64,000 nucleotides of DNA from an uncultured Gemmatimonadales bacterium (GTDB taxonomy: Bacteria; Gemmatimonadota; Gemmatimonadetes; Longimicrobiales; Longimicrobiaceae): positions 4,576,001-4,640,000 of the forward strand of contig OY970303.1 of NCBI GenBank assembly GCA_963716255.1, read 5' to 3'. The first letter of the stretch is position 1, and every line of letters begins with the position of its first letter. A program made the position numbers and the translations under genes. A model generated the notes under the pieces. It worked only from the letters and a program-made list of their open reading frames with translations, was not told the origin of the DNA and ran no database searches. Below are positions 1-9,929 of this stretch, one piece after another.

Positions 1-725
1 TACCGGTCCAGCTCCCGGCCCACGGGCGCGCCCAGCACCTGGAGGATCCCCCCGTAGTTGCTCTGCACCAGCACGCCCACGGTGTACCCGCCCAGCGAGC
101 GCGGCAGCGCCCGCGACGAAGTGCCGATCCCGCCCTTCCAGCCGAAGGCGAGCGTCCCCGTTCCCGCCCCCACGGCGCCCTCCTCCACCGGCCCCGTCTT
201 CGCTTCGCGGATGGCGCGCAGCACGTGCTCGGCGCGCACGGGGCGGGCGCGGATGTCGCTCAGGAAGCCGTCGTTGGTCTCGCCCACCACCGCGTTGACG
301 CTGCGCGCCTCCGGGTTCTGCGCCAGCACGTGGTCCAGCACCGCGTCCGCGGCGCGGGGGACGCACAGCGTGCAGGTGAGGACGACCGGGGTCTCGATCT
401 CGCCCAGCTCGCGCACCTGCGTGACGCCCATCAGCTTGCCGTAGCCGTTGCCGACGAACACCGCGCCGGGGACCTTGTCGGCGAACAGGTTGCCGCCGTG
501 CGGGAGGATCGCGGTGACGCCGGTGCGCACCGAGTCGCCCTCGCGCACCGTGACCTGCCCCACCAGGACGCCGGGGACGTCGGTGATGGCGTTGAGCGGC
601 CCCGTGGGGAGGACGCCGGGCGCCACGCCCATCTCGCGGGCGCGCGGGCGGGCGGCGGCGGTGTCCTGGGCCATGAGCGGCTGGGCGAAGGCGAGGAGGG
701 CGAGGAGGAGCGGGCGGGCGCGCAT
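1..725 (-). CDS. dmpA: P1-family L-aminopeptidase/D-esterase (DmpA-like), secreted; 3' end runs off the window
   Basis: Manual translation from ATG at 725: signal peptide MRARPLLLALLAFAQPLMA, then GPLNAITDVPGVLVG, RTGVTAILP, VVGETNDGFLSDI, EEGAVGAGTG and GWKGGIGTSSR, all typical DmpA motifs. Not in the ORF track because it is truncated. Confidence 0.9.
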   Translation of the reverse strand, partial: MRARPLLLALLAFAQPLMAQDTAAARPRAREMGVAPGVLPTGPLNAITDVPGVLVGQVTVREGDSVRTGVTAILPHGGNLFADKVPGAVFVGNGYGKLMGVTQVRELGEIETPVVLTCTLCVPRAADAVLDHVLAQNPEARSVNAVVGETNDGFLSDIRARPVRAEHVLRAIREAKTGPVEEGAVGAGTGTLAFGWKGGIGTSSRALPRSLGGYTVGVLVQSNYGGILQVLGAPVGRELDR

Positions 726-830
726 GGCGGCGGCGGGGTACGGGCGGCGGAGTGCCGCGGGTGGCACCCCCGTTGCGATGGGCCGCGGCGGGGCGCCGTG
801 GCGCCGGGTTCCCGTCTCAGGTAAGGGTTG

Positions 831-1814
831 ATGAAGCGAGCCGCAAGGCCGGGCCTCCGCGTCCGGCGCCTCCTCCCGCTGCTGCCGGCGCTCCTCGCGC
901 TGGCGGGCGGCTGCCGCCGCCCCACTGGGACCGTGGAGGTGGGCGCGGGGCGCACCCTCCCGCTCGCCGCCCCGGTGGACTCCACGGCCTCCATCGCAGC
1001 GGGGCCCGGGGGACGGGTGTGGCTCGTGGCCGGGGGGCGGCTGGCGCTGCTGGACACCACCCGCGGGCCGGCGGCGGCGGCGATCGAGCTGGGTACGACC
1101 GACGCGGCGCGCGTGCTGGGAAGCGACACCGCGGCCGTGTACCTGCGCGCCGGGACGCGGCTCCTGGCCGTGTGGCCGGACAGCGGCCGCGTGCGTGCGC
1201 GCCGCGGCGGGGTGGGGGCGGACGGCTTCGCGCCCGACCCGCGCGGCGGTGGGTACGTGGCGACGCGCTGGGGCGGGGTGCTGGGGGTGGCGCCGGGGTC
1301 GCTGCGCCCGCTGTGGAGCTGGCCGGAGCGCGGCCCCGCGGGCACCGCCCTCGCCGTGTCGCCGCTGGGCGACCGCCTCTACCAGGCGCTCGGCGGGGAC
1401 GAGCCGCGCATCCTGACGCGCGACGCGCAGACCGGGCGCATCCTGGCGGAAACGGAGACCGCCGCTGCCGTGCGATCGCTGGACGCGGGCGCGGACGGCA
1501 CGCTGTACGCCGTCACGGAGGCGGGACGGCGCGGCGCGCTCGTGGCGCTGCGCCCCGGACCCGAGGGGCTGGAGGAGCGCTGGGAGGCGTCGCTGCTGGA
1601 GCTGGAGCTGGGAGATTCGGTGCGGGTGGCCGTGTCGCCAGGGGGGCGGCGGGTGGCGCTGGTGTCGCGGGAGGGGGGCGGGACGCTGCGGGTGCTGGAC
1701 GCCGCCACGGGCCGGGTGGCATCGGGCGAGCGCGGCGTTCTGGACGCCGCCTTCGCCGCCGACGGCTCGCTCCTGGTGCTGACCCCGCGCGAGGTCCGCA
1801 TCGTCCGCCCGTGA
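831..1814 (+). CDS. Lipoprotein with probable beta-propeller (YVTN/PQQ-like) repeats
   Basis: Lipobox LAGGC; repeated LAVSPxGxRL/VAVSPGG and LDAATGR segments. Confidence 0.65.
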   Translation: MKRAARPGLRVRRLLPLLPALLALAGGCRRPTGTVEVGAGRTLPLAAPVDSTASIAAGPGGRVWLVAGGRLALLDTTRGPAAAAIELGTTDAARVLGSDTAAVYLRAGTRLLAVWPDSGRVRARRGGVGADGFAPDPRGGGYVATRWGGVLGVAPGSLRPLWSWPERGPAGTALAVSPLGDRLYQALGGDEPRILTRDAQTGRILAETETAAAVRSLDAGADGTLYAVTEAGRRGALVALRPGPEGLEERWEASLLELELGDSVRVAVSPGGRRVALVSREGGGTLRVLDAATGRVASGERGVLDAAFAADGSLLVLTPREVRIVRP

Positions 1815-2006
1815 GGCGGGCGGGGCGCCCCCGAAGGGGCCGAAACCCGCTCGCGGCGCCCTCCCCGGAGGACTCCCGTACGGACCACTCAGGATAGGCC
1901 AGGATGCCTCGATCTCCCATTTCCCACCTTGCGTGCGCCCTCCGATTTGGGTACCATTAGCGTATTTCCTCCCCCGGTCTCCCCCCCTCTGCGTAGAAAG
2001 GAATCG

Positions 2007-3194
2007 ATGTCGTACTCTGTAAGTTCTGCGCATGCCGAAGTGCGCGAATCTATGAGGGTGCTGCCGGGGTTCCTCCAGCCGTTCCTCACCTGGCTGACCT
2101 GCAAGCCCCTGCCCGAAGAAGATTCCTGGAACCTCAGGCCCATCCACCACCTCGTATCCTCCGTCCTTCCGCTGGTCCTCGGAGTGGCGATCGGCATCGC
2201 CGCCGTCACGCTCTCGGGGTTCTGGCTGCTGCTTATGCCCGTGGGATGGCTGCTGACCGTCCACTCCGTGCGCATGCTGCGCAGCGTGGTGGTCCACCAG
2301 TGCGCCCACTCCAACTTCCTCGCCAGCCAGCGCGTCAACGACTTCATCGGCGAGGCCGTGTCGGTGGTCACATTGACTCAAAATTATTTACCCTATAAGC
2401 GCGAGCACATCAGCGGCCACCACTCCGTCAAGCACATGACGGTGGACGATCCGACGGTGGCGTTCCTGCTGAGAATGGTCGGGGTCCGCGCGGGCATGTC
2501 CCGGGACGACCTGTGGTCCCTCATGCTGATGAAGATGTTCTCGCCGTCCTTCCATCTCAGGTTCGTGGGGATCAGGCTGCTGTCCAATGCCAAAGATGCT
2601 TCGACCGGGCATATCGTCTCGGTCGTGCTTTTCTGGGGCGCGCTGCTGGCGGTGACGGCCGCCACGGGTGCCTGGCTGCAGCTCCTGCTCGCGTGGCTGC
2701 TGCCGCTCACGATCCTGCTCCACATGGCCGAGTGCCTGCGCCTGTCCGGCAAGCACTGCTTCCCGGAGCCGGTCACCATGAAGCGGGGGCAGCAGCAACC
2801 CGGCGCGTTCACCCACGGCATCTTCGTGGGCGAGCGCGTCCCGGAGAGCACGCTCCCCGTGCTCCGGAGGATGAGCGCCTGGGCGGTTTGGTGGCTCCGG
2901 GTTTTCGTGGTCCACCTCCCTTCGCGCATGCTCGTTCTGGTCGGCGACGCGCCCTGCCACGACTACCACCACCGGCGGCCGAAAGCCAAGGACTGGTCCA
3001 ACTACATCTTCGCGCGCCAGAAGGAGGTCGTCTCGCTTCCACCCGGCGCGCCCCCCTTCACCGAGGTGTGGGGGATCGCCGCGGCCATCGACGCCACGTT
3101 CCATTCCCTGACCGCCGCGGACCCGTCGCAGTACACGCTCGAGGAGACGCATGTCGTGACGGAGTGGGAGCTTCTCGCGGCGCTGGAAGAGTAG
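2007..3194 (+). CDS. Membrane di-iron enzyme, fatty-acid desaturase/hydroxylase superfamily
   Basis: His boxes HQCAH, HISGHH and HDYHH, plus TM segments. ATG at 2007 follows AAAGGA. Confidence 0.8.
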   Translation: MSYSVSSAHAEVRESMRVLPGFLQPFLTWLTCKPLPEEDSWNLRPIHHLVSSVLPLVLGVAIGIAAVTLSGFWLLLMPVGWLLTVHSVRMLRSVVVHQCAHSNFLASQRVNDFIGEAVSVVTLTQNYLPYKREHISGHHSVKHMTVDDPTVAFLLRMVGVRAGMSRDDLWSLMLMKMFSPSFHLRFVGIRLLSNAKDASTGHIVSVVLFWGALLAVTAATGAWLQLLLAWLLPLTILLHMAECLRLSGKHCFPEPVTMKRGQQQPGAFTHGIFVGERVPESTLPVLRRMSAWAVWWLRVFVVHLPSRMLVLVGDAPCHDYHHRRPKAKDWSNYIFARQKEVVSLPPGAPPFTEVWGIAAAIDATFHSLTAADPSQYTLEETHVVTEWELLAALEE

Positions 3195-3246
3195 ACCGGC
3201 GCGGGCTCGTGCCTGGCCGGGGCCGGCGCCGCGAAGGTCATCAAAC

Positions 3247-3285
3247 GCGAACCCTCCGATGGACACGGTCCATCGGAGGGTTCGC
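3247..3285. terminator. 18-bp perfect inverted repeat between convergent genes
   Basis: GCGAACCCTCCGATGGAC-acg-GTCCATCGGAGGGTTCGC. Confidence 0.55.
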
Positions 3286-3349
3286 TGCTTCGGTCCCGGT
3301 CCTCGATCCCCGGGACGACTCGCATCCCGTCTCCGGAGACCCGCGCGGA

Positions 3350-3538
3350 TCAGTGGCTCAGGTCCGCGTCCTTGCTCTTGCGCAGCAGGAACGCCGCCGC
3401 GATGAACGGCAGGCTGTTCATGGCGAGGACCATGAGGGCTGCCACGAGCATCATCGTGCGGCCGGTCCACGCCGCGTAGACGGCCGCCACGATGGCGGGG
3501 AAGGTGATGAAAACCGCGCCGATCAGGAAGAGTCGCAT
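3350..3538 (-). CDS. Small two-TM membrane protein
   Basis: 62 aa, two hydrophobic helices, basic tail. Confidence 0.6.
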   Translation of the reverse strand: MRLFLIGAVFITFPAIVAAVYAAWTGRTMMLVAALMVLAMNSLPFIAAAFLLRKSKDADLSH

Positions 3539-3807
3539 TTCAGGTCTCCGCAGAATCTGTCTCGTCGGACGGCCGCGCCGGCGCGACGCTCGAAGCAGGG
3601 TCGGTCGGCCCGCATATTACCGGAGCGCGCATCGTCCCGCAAGCTGGGGGCATCTTGTGTGCCGTAGGTGATTTCCCCGCTCGCCACGGGGGATTTTCCC
3701 CACCGGCGGGCGGATCGGGAAGGGCGGTCCTCCCGACTTGTACTCCCCGGGCCGGGCGGCGATGATTGCGGACCGCGGGACGAGCGCGAAAGTGGAGGCG
3801 AGCGGAG

Positions 3808-4254
3808 ATGGCGGACACCGGGAGCCGGGACACGGCGGCGGAGCGGGCGCCGGGGATGGCCACGCGCATGGGCAGGGCGCTGCGGCTGCGCTGCCCGCAC
3901 TGTGGGCGCGGGCGGGTGGTGAGGACGTGGATGCACATGCGGGAGCGCTGCCCCGTATGCGGCATCCGCACGGCGCGGGGCGAGGAGGACCTGATGCTGG
4001 GGGCGATGGTGTTCAACATCGCCTTCGCCGAGGGGCTGCTGGCGCTGGTGCTGGTGGGGGTCGCCGTCGCCACCTGGCCGGACGTGCCCTGGAGGCTCCT
4101 CCAGTTCGGCGGCCCCGTGCTCATGGTGCTCGCGCCGGTCGCGTTCCTCCCCTTCTCGCGGACGCTGTGGATGGCGTTCGAGCCGCTGTACTTCCCGGTT
4201 GCGCCGGACGAAGCGGAGGAGGGAAGAGAGTGGGTGCGGAACGGCAGGGAATAG
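3808..4254 (+). CDS. DUF983-family membrane protein
   Basis: RCPHCGRG...ERCPVCG zinc-ribbon followed by two TM helices. Confidence 0.8.
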   Translation: MADTGSRDTAAERAPGMATRMGRALRLRCPHCGRGRVVRTWMHMRERCPVCGIRTARGEEDLMLGAMVFNIAFAEGLLALVLVGVAVATWPDVPWRLLQFGGPVLMVLAPVAFLPFSRTLWMAFEPLYFPVAPDEAEEGREWVRNGRE

Positions 4255-4260
4255 GGAACA

Positions 4261-4291
4261 GCCCGACCCCGGCGCAGCCGGGGGCACGCCC
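4261..4291 (-). repeat. Truncated family-A repeat (5' part only)
   Basis: Reverse complement GGGCGTGCCCCCGGCTGCGCCGGGGTCGGGC matches the start of the family-A copies. Confidence 0.7.
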
Positions 4292-4322
4292 GAACCGGCT
4301 GTTCAGAGCCGTTTCAGCCGGA

Positions 4323-4940
4323 TCAGTCCTCCGCAACGTGGTCGCCGAAGCGCTCGGACTTCCAGGGGTCGCCGCGCATGTGGTAGCCGCCCCGCTCCCA
4401 GAAGCCGGGGCGGTCCTCGGCCAGCAGCTCCACGGCCCGCAGCCACTTGGCGCTCTTCCAGAAGTACAGGTGCGGGATCACGGCGCGCACGGGGCCGCCG
4501 TGCTCGGGGGAGAGCGGCTCGCCGTCGTGGTGGGTGGCGAGGAGGTTGTCGTCGCGGTCGAAGTCCTCCAGCGGCAGGTTGGCGGTCCACCCGCCCGCCG
4601 CGCGCAGCAGGACGAAGCGCGCCGCGGGCCCGGGGCGCGCGCGGCGCAGGATCTCGCGCACGGGCACGCCCCGCCAGCGGTTGTCCAGCCGGCTCCAGCG
4701 CGTCACGCAGTGGATGTCGCCGACGCGCTCTTCCGTGGGCAGCTCCCGCCACTCCTCCCAGCCGAAGCGCAGCTCCTCCTCCACCTCGCCGTACACCTGG
4801 AAGTCCCAGGTCGCCGCGTCGAACCGCGGGACCTCGCCGTAGTGCAGCACGGGCCACTTGCGCGTGGGCACCTGGCCGGGAGGCAGGCGGCCCTCCGGGG
4901 CCGGGAGCGGAGGGCCGGAGCGTGGGCGGGACGTGGACAT
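4323..4940 (-). CDS. Sulfite-oxidase-like molybdopterin oxidoreductase
   Basis: RLPPGQ, DIHCVTRWS, HGGPVRAVIPHLYFWKSAKW and GFWERGGYH motifs. Confidence 0.9.
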   Translation of the reverse strand: MSTSRPRSGPPLPAPEGRLPPGQVPTRKWPVLHYGEVPRFDAATWDFQVYGEVEEELRFGWEEWRELPTEERVGDIHCVTRWSRLDNRWRGVPVREILRRARPGPAARFVLLRAAGGWTANLPLEDFDRDDNLLATHHDGEPLSPEHGGPVRAVIPHLYFWKSAKWLRAVELLAEDRPGFWERGGYHMRGDPWKSERFGDHVAED

Positions 4941-5057
4941 CGCGACCTGGGAAGCCGGGGAGCGGAGCGGACGCCGGGGAAACGGGCCGGCCGTGGCACG
5001 GCCGGTGCAGCGAGCCCGGGGCTTCACGAATCGTACCTTTCACGGGGCGGAGGCGGC

Positions 5058-5783
5058 ATGACGGACGTGGTGCGGGGCAAGTGCGCTCTGGTGACGGGCG
5101 CCAGCAAGGGGATCGGCTACGCCATCGCGGAGGCGCTGGCGGGCGCCGGGGCCGACGTGGTGATCTCGTCGCGCAGCGAAGCGGAGGTGCAGGAGGCGGC
5201 GCGCCGCCTGAACGAGGTGTCGCCGGGCGAGGTGGTGGGGGTCGCATGCGACGTGCGCCGCCACGAGGACGTGCGGCGGATGGTGGGCGTGGCGACGGAG
5301 CGCTTCGGCGGGGTGGACATCCTGGTCAACAACGCGGGCGTCGGCGGCTTCGGCCCGGTGGACCAGATGGAGCCGGAGAAGTGGCACCAGATCATCGAGA
5401 CCAACCTCAACGGCGTCTATTACTGCTGCCACGAGGCCATCCCCGTCATGCGGCAGCGCGGCGGCGGGTGGATCATCAACATCGCCTCGCTCGCGGGCAA
5501 GAACCCGCTGGCGGGCGGCGCCGCGTACAACGCCTCCAAGTTCGGGCTGGTGGGATTCTCGGAGGCGCTGATGCTGGACGTGCGCCAGGACGACATCCGC
5601 GTCAACTACATCATGCCGGGGAGCGTGGCCACCTACTTCAACGGCCACACGCCGAGCGAGGAGGACGCCTGGAAGATCCAGCCCGAGGACATCGCACAGA
5701 TCGTGATGGACCTGCTGGCCTTTCCCGGGCGCACGCTGCCTTCGCGCGTCGAGGTCCGCCCGTCCAAGCCGCCGAAGCGGTAG
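5058..5783 (+). CDS. SDR-family oxidoreductase
   Basis: TGASKGIG, NNAG and YNASK motifs. The true start is ATG 5058; the 681-aa track ORF is over-extended. Confidence 0.92.
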   Translation: MTDVVRGKCALVTGASKGIGYAIAEALAGAGADVVISSRSEAEVQEAARRLNEVSPGEVVGVACDVRRHEDVRRMVGVATERFGGVDILVNNAGVGGFGPVDQMEPEKWHQIIETNLNGVYYCCHEAIPVMRQRGGGWIINIASLAGKNPLAGGAAYNASKFGLVGFSEALMLDVRQDDIRVNYIMPGSVATYFNGHTPSEEDAWKIQPEDIAQIVMDLLAFPGRTLPSRVEVRPSKPPKR

Positions 5784-5795
5784 GCCTCCCCGCCC

Positions 5796-6362
5796 ATGAG
5801 CGACTTCTCGCCCCACAAGCCCAAGGCCGTCATCTGGGACCTGGACGGCACCCTTTCCGACGACCGGGCGCGCGCGCACTACGTGGAGGTGGAGCAGGGG
5901 CGCGCGCGGGACTGGGAGTCGTACTTCGACGCCATCGACCAGGACCCGCCCATCGCCGCGTCCATGGAGATCCTCCAGGCCATGCGGGCGTACGGGTCGC
6001 GCGTGGTCTTCCTCACCGGGCGGCCGGACTACACGCGTGAGAAGACGGAGAAGTGGCTCCGCGCCAACGGGCTGGACGACTACGACCGGCTGGTGATGCG
6101 GCCGGCGGGGGAGCGGCGGCCGGCCGGGTACTTCAAGGCGGAGGCGGTGGCCGCGCTGCGCGAGGAGTACGAGCTGGTGTGCGCCTTCGAGGACCGCATC
6201 GACGTGGCGGACGCGCTGCGGCTGGCGGGCGTGCCCGTGTTCCTGTACGGCGCGGGGATGGAGGCAGCGGCGGAGGCGCTGGAGGTGCTGGAGGCGGACC
6301 AGGACGACCTGCTGGAGGACGCGACGGAGCTCGGCGTGTCCGGCGCCGGGAGCGGCGAGTAG
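5796..6362 (+). CDS. HAD-superfamily phosphatase (polynucleotide-kinase 3'-phosphatase-like)
   Basis: WDLDGTL, LTGRP, LVMRP...K and FEDR motifs. Confidence 0.8.
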   Translation: MSDFSPHKPKAVIWDLDGTLSDDRARAHYVEVEQGRARDWESYFDAIDQDPPIAASMEILQAMRAYGSRVVFLTGRPDYTREKTEKWLRANGLDDYDRLVMRPAGERRPAGYFKAEAVAALREEYELVCAFEDRIDVADALRLAGVPVFLYGAGMEAAAEALEVLEADQDDLLEDATELGVSGAGSGE

Positions 6363-6531
6363 TCCGCTCCCGGCACCGGGACGGATCTCCGCCTGGCCGT
6401 GGAGGCGCAGCTTCCCCCGTGGGGCTCGGCACCTGGACCCCCGCCAGCCGTCGCACCCCGCAGTCCGGTGGGTCCTTCCCGGACGCTCCCGGCTGGATCC
6501 TCCCTGGTGGGCCGGTGGAGCCGCCTTCCGG

Positions 6532-7194
6532 CTAGTGCACGTGCTCCACGTCGATCACGGCGACCGACCGAATGTCCACCTGGGTGAACTCCTGGTCGCT
6601 TTCCTCGCGGTACTCCACGTGCGCCGGGGTGACCACCTGCGGAACGATCCCCGGGGGCGGAGTCGTGACGAGCTCCAGGATCAGGATGGCCGGATTGATG
6701 CCCTGCGGCACGGCGCGCTCCAGGGACAGCCGGTAGCCGGGGGTGGGCATGTCGCACGTGCCTTTCACGGTCAGCGGGAACGGTCCGGGCGGCATCAGGT
6801 CCTGCACCGCTTTCCACTCGCAGCGCAGCGGCTGCGCCGCGCTGCCGGCCTCGTCTCCGCGCCCGTCCCCACCTTCTCCCTCCCTGACAGAGATGATCTT
6901 GAGGGTGTGCGCTCCGGCCTGGTCGTGGAGCACCACCTCGTCCTCGTCGGACGGGTAGGGGAAGGCGAATGCGGCGGTGGTATGCTGCGGGGCCGGAGGA
7001 GCATCGGGGTTGATCCCGGTGTTTCCGGGGACGGCGAACACGTCGAACTGGGGAGGAAAGATCTTCAACGGGCTCTGCCTGACCACCAGCCTCCCCCCGA
7101 AGCCGGGAGTCAGTCCCTCGACGTACAGCACCAGCGGTTCACCATGGCGCAGGGCAACGCGGGCCGTGAGACGGGCCGGGGCGAGGTTTTCCAT
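6532..7194 (-). CDS. Hypothetical two-domain beta-rich protein
   Basis: ATG at 7194 after GGAGA. The protein-like part of the 488-aa track ORF starts at MENLAPAR. Confidence 0.65.
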   Translation of the reverse strand: MENLAPARLTARVALRHGEPLVLYVEGLTPGFGGRLVVRQSPLKIFPPQFDVFAVPGNTGINPDAPPAPQHTTAAFAFPYPSDEDEVVLHDQAGAHTLKIISVREGEGGDGRGDEAGSAAQPLRCEWKAVQDLMPPGPFPLTVKGTCDMPTPGYRLSLERAVPQGINPAILILELVTTPPPGIVPQVVTPAHVEYREESDQEFTQVDIRSVAVIDVEHVH

Positions 7195-7423
7195 GTGCGT
7201 CTCCAGGCAAGGCGTGGGGGCTTCAAAGAAGTGGCACTGACGGCCCGGTAATACTAGAGACGCAAAACCCGCGCAGTCAATGTTGCCGTTGCGCGGGCCC
7301 CCACCGCGCGGGCCACGGTTTGCGCTCCGTCCGCGCCGCCGCCATCTTTTGCGGCGCGCGCGGGGAGTTCCCCCGCGCGCCTGACGACGCCCGTACGCCG
7401 ACCCTTCCCTGAGCCGAGGAACC

Positions 7424-8848
7424 ATGTCGGATCCCAACTCCGGTTTCCGCACCGAGCGCGACTCGCTCGGCGAGATGCAGGTCCCCGCCGACGCCCTGTA
7501 CGGCCCGCAGACCCAGCGCGCGGTGGAGAACTTTCCCATCAGCGGCATCCGCTTCCCGCGCCGCTTCATCCACGCCCTGGGCACCATCAAGAAGGCGTGC
7601 GCCCGCGCCAACCAGGAGATGGAGTGGCTGGAGGCGCCGGTCGCCGACGCCATCGCCCGCGCCGCCGACGAGGTGATCGCGGGGGAGCTGGACGGGTCCT
7701 TCGTGCTGGACGTCTTCCAGACCGGGAGCGGCACCTCCAGCAACATGAACACCAACGAGGTGATCGCCACCCGTGCCACCGCGCACCTGGGCACCGGGCG
7801 CGTGCACCCCAACGACCACGTCAACATGGGGCAGAGCTCCAACGACGTGATCCCCACGGCCATGCACGTGTCCGCCCGCGTCGCCATCCACCAGGACCTG
7901 ATCCCGGCGCTGGAGCGGCTGCGCGACGCCCTGTCCGCGAAGGCCGCCGAGTTCGACGACGTCATCAAGAGCGGCCGCACCCACCTGATGGACGCCACGC
8001 CCGTGCGGCTGGGGCAGGAGTTCGGCGGCTACGCCTCGCAGGTGGACCACGGCATCCGCCGCCTGCGCAACGCCTCCGAGGAGCTGGCGGAGCTGGCGCT
8101 GGGTGGCACGGCCGTGGGCACCGGCACCAACGCCCACCCCGAGTTCGCCGCGCGGGCCATCGCCGCCATCAGCCGCGACACCGGGCTGGAGTTCCGCGAG
8201 GCCGAGAACCACTTCGAGGCGCAGGGCGCAAAGGACGCGTACGTCAGCGCCTCCGGGGCGCTCAACACCCTGGCCGTGTCGCTCCTCAAGATCGCCAACG
8301 ACGTGCGCTGGCTGGCGAGCGGGCCCACCTCCGGCCTGGCCGAGATCACCCTCCCCGCCGTGCAGCCGGGCTCGTCCATCATGCCGGGGAAGGTGAACCC
8401 GGTGATGAGCGAGGCGCTGATGATGGTGTGCGCGCAGGTCATGGGGAACCACGTCACCGTCACCGTGGGTGGGCAGCACGGCAACTTCGAGCTCAACGTG
8501 ATGATGCCCGTGATGGCGAGCGCACTGCTCCAGTCCGTGGCCATCCTGTCCAGCGCCTGCGACGCCTTCCGCGGCAGGGCCGTGGAGGGGATCGGCGCCA
8601 ACCGCGAGCGCTGCCGCGACCTGCTGGAAAAGAACCCCTCCATCGCCACCGCGCTCAACGCCTACGTCGGCTACGACGAGGCCGCCGCCGTCGCCAAGGA
8701 GTCCGCAAAGAACTTCGAGTCCGTGCGCGACGTGGTGAAGCGGCGCGGCCTCCTTTCCGACGAGCAGCTGGACCAGGTGCTGAACGTGCGCGAGATGACC
8801 GAGCCGGGGATCCCCGGCGGCGGCGCGCCGGGCGGCGGGGCGGGCTGA
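7424..8848 (+). CDS. fumC: Class II fumarate hydratase
   Basis: RTERDSLG, QTGSGTSSNMN, GRTHLMDATP and the GSSIMPGKVNP signature. Confidence 0.95.
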   Translation: MSDPNSGFRTERDSLGEMQVPADALYGPQTQRAVENFPISGIRFPRRFIHALGTIKKACARANQEMEWLEAPVADAIARAADEVIAGELDGSFVLDVFQTGSGTSSNMNTNEVIATRATAHLGTGRVHPNDHVNMGQSSNDVIPTAMHVSARVAIHQDLIPALERLRDALSAKAAEFDDVIKSGRTHLMDATPVRLGQEFGGYASQVDHGIRRLRNASEELAELALGGTAVGTGTNAHPEFAARAIAAISRDTGLEFREAENHFEAQGAKDAYVSASGALNTLAVSLLKIANDVRWLASGPTSGLAEITLPAVQPGSSIMPGKVNPVMSEALMMVCAQVMGNHVTVTVGGQHGNFELNVMMPVMASALLQSVAILSSACDAFRGRAVEGIGANRERCRDLLEKNPSIATALNAYVGYDEAAAVAKESAKNFESVRDVVKRRGLLSDEQLDQVLNVREMTEPGIPGGGAPGGGAG

Positions 8849-8851
8849 GCC

Positions 8852-9691
8852 GTGCACGTCCTCCCCTGCGGGCACGCCGTCCGCGACCCGGAGCAGACGC
8901 ACTACTGCACCTACCTGCACCTGGACGAGCTGCTCCGCCTCCAGCCGGAGGCCGGCCAGCTCCGCCACCCCGACGAGCACCTGTTCGTGGTGACGCACCA
9001 GGGCTTCGAAGTGTGGTTCACGCAGCTGCGCTTCGACCTGCGGCGCATCATCGACGCCCTGCAGCGCGACGACGCGGGGCTCGCCACCTGGCTCGCGCAG
9101 CGCTGCACCGCCATCGCGCGTCTCCTGTCGCCCATGATGCGGGTGCTGGAGACCATGACGCCGTCGGACTTCTACGCCTTCCGGGCCCACCTCGCCCCCG
9201 CCAGCGGCACCGAGAGCTGGCAGTGGCACGAGATCGAGATCCTGGCCGGGGCGCGCGAGGAGCGCTTCCGGAAGTACCTGGAGAGCGAGCTGTCCGAGGT
9301 GGCCGGGAGCGGGACGCAGGCGTTCCTGTGGACCGAGCGGCTGGCCGCGCTGTGGGACGCGCCCTCGGTGGCCTCCGCCTGCCGCGAGCTGTTCGCGCGG
9401 CGCGGGGTGGAGCCGGCGGACGCCTACCAGGTGGCGCCGGCCGGCAACCCGCACGCCGACCTTGTGCTGCTCGCCGAGGCGCTCATGGACTTCGACGAGG
9501 AGGTCAAGGTGTGGCGCTTCGTCCACGCCCGCACCGCCGAGCGCACCATCGGGCCGGACAACGCCGGGACCGGGCACACGACCGGGGTGCGGTACCTGGA
9601 CATGGCGGCGATGCACCGGGAGCTTTTTTTCCCGTTCCTGTGGGAGGCCCGCGGGGTCCTTTGGGAGCGGGCTCTGAGGGCTAGCTCTTAG
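8852..9691 (+). CDS. kynA: Tryptophan 2,3-dioxygenase family protein
   Basis: YLHLDELLRLQ, HPDEHLFVVTHQ, MTPSDFYAFR, ASGTESWQ and ERTIG...GTGHTTGVRYL motifs. Confidence 0.85.
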   Translation: MHVLPCGHAVRDPEQTHYCTYLHLDELLRLQPEAGQLRHPDEHLFVVTHQGFEVWFTQLRFDLRRIIDALQRDDAGLATWLAQRCTAIARLLSPMMRVLETMTPSDFYAFRAHLAPASGTESWQWHEIEILAGAREERFRKYLESELSEVAGSGTQAFLWTERLAALWDAPSVASACRELFARRGVEPADAYQVAPAGNPHADLVLLAEALMDFDEEVKVWRFVHARTAERTIGPDNAGTGHTTGVRYLDMAAMHRELFFPFLWEARGVLWERALRASS

Positions 9692-9707
9692 AAATAACGG
9701 TGGGGTT

Positions 9708-9838
9708 GGGCGTGCCCCCCGCGGGGCGCGGGGGTCGGGCTTCGGCTCCGTAAGCCCGCAAACAACGCGGGCTAACGGAGTCGAGCCCCGCGAAACTGCC
9801 CGCGGGTCTCGCCCCTTCGGGCCGGAATCCCTCACGCG
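9708..9838 (+). repeat. Family-A structured repeat, copy 1
   Basis: GGGCGTG...GGGCTTCGGCTCCGTAA-GCCCGC-AAACAAC-GCGGGC-TAACGGAGTCGAGCCC...CCCTCACGCG; seven full copies in the window. Confidence 0.9.
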
Positions 9839-9929
9839 GCATCTCGCTGCGTCCGCCGGTTCGGCGACAGGGGCCCCGCCGTGTTCGGCGGGGTTTCTTC
9901 GCATCCCTTCTTCACCTCCACGCTTCCTC

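Noticed and set aside
9708..9838. Family A as tRNA, known ribozyme or canonical attC
   Set aside because: No T-loop/CCA, no hammerhead or other catalytic core that I can recognise, no RYYYAAC/GTTRRRY ends, and no integrase in the window.
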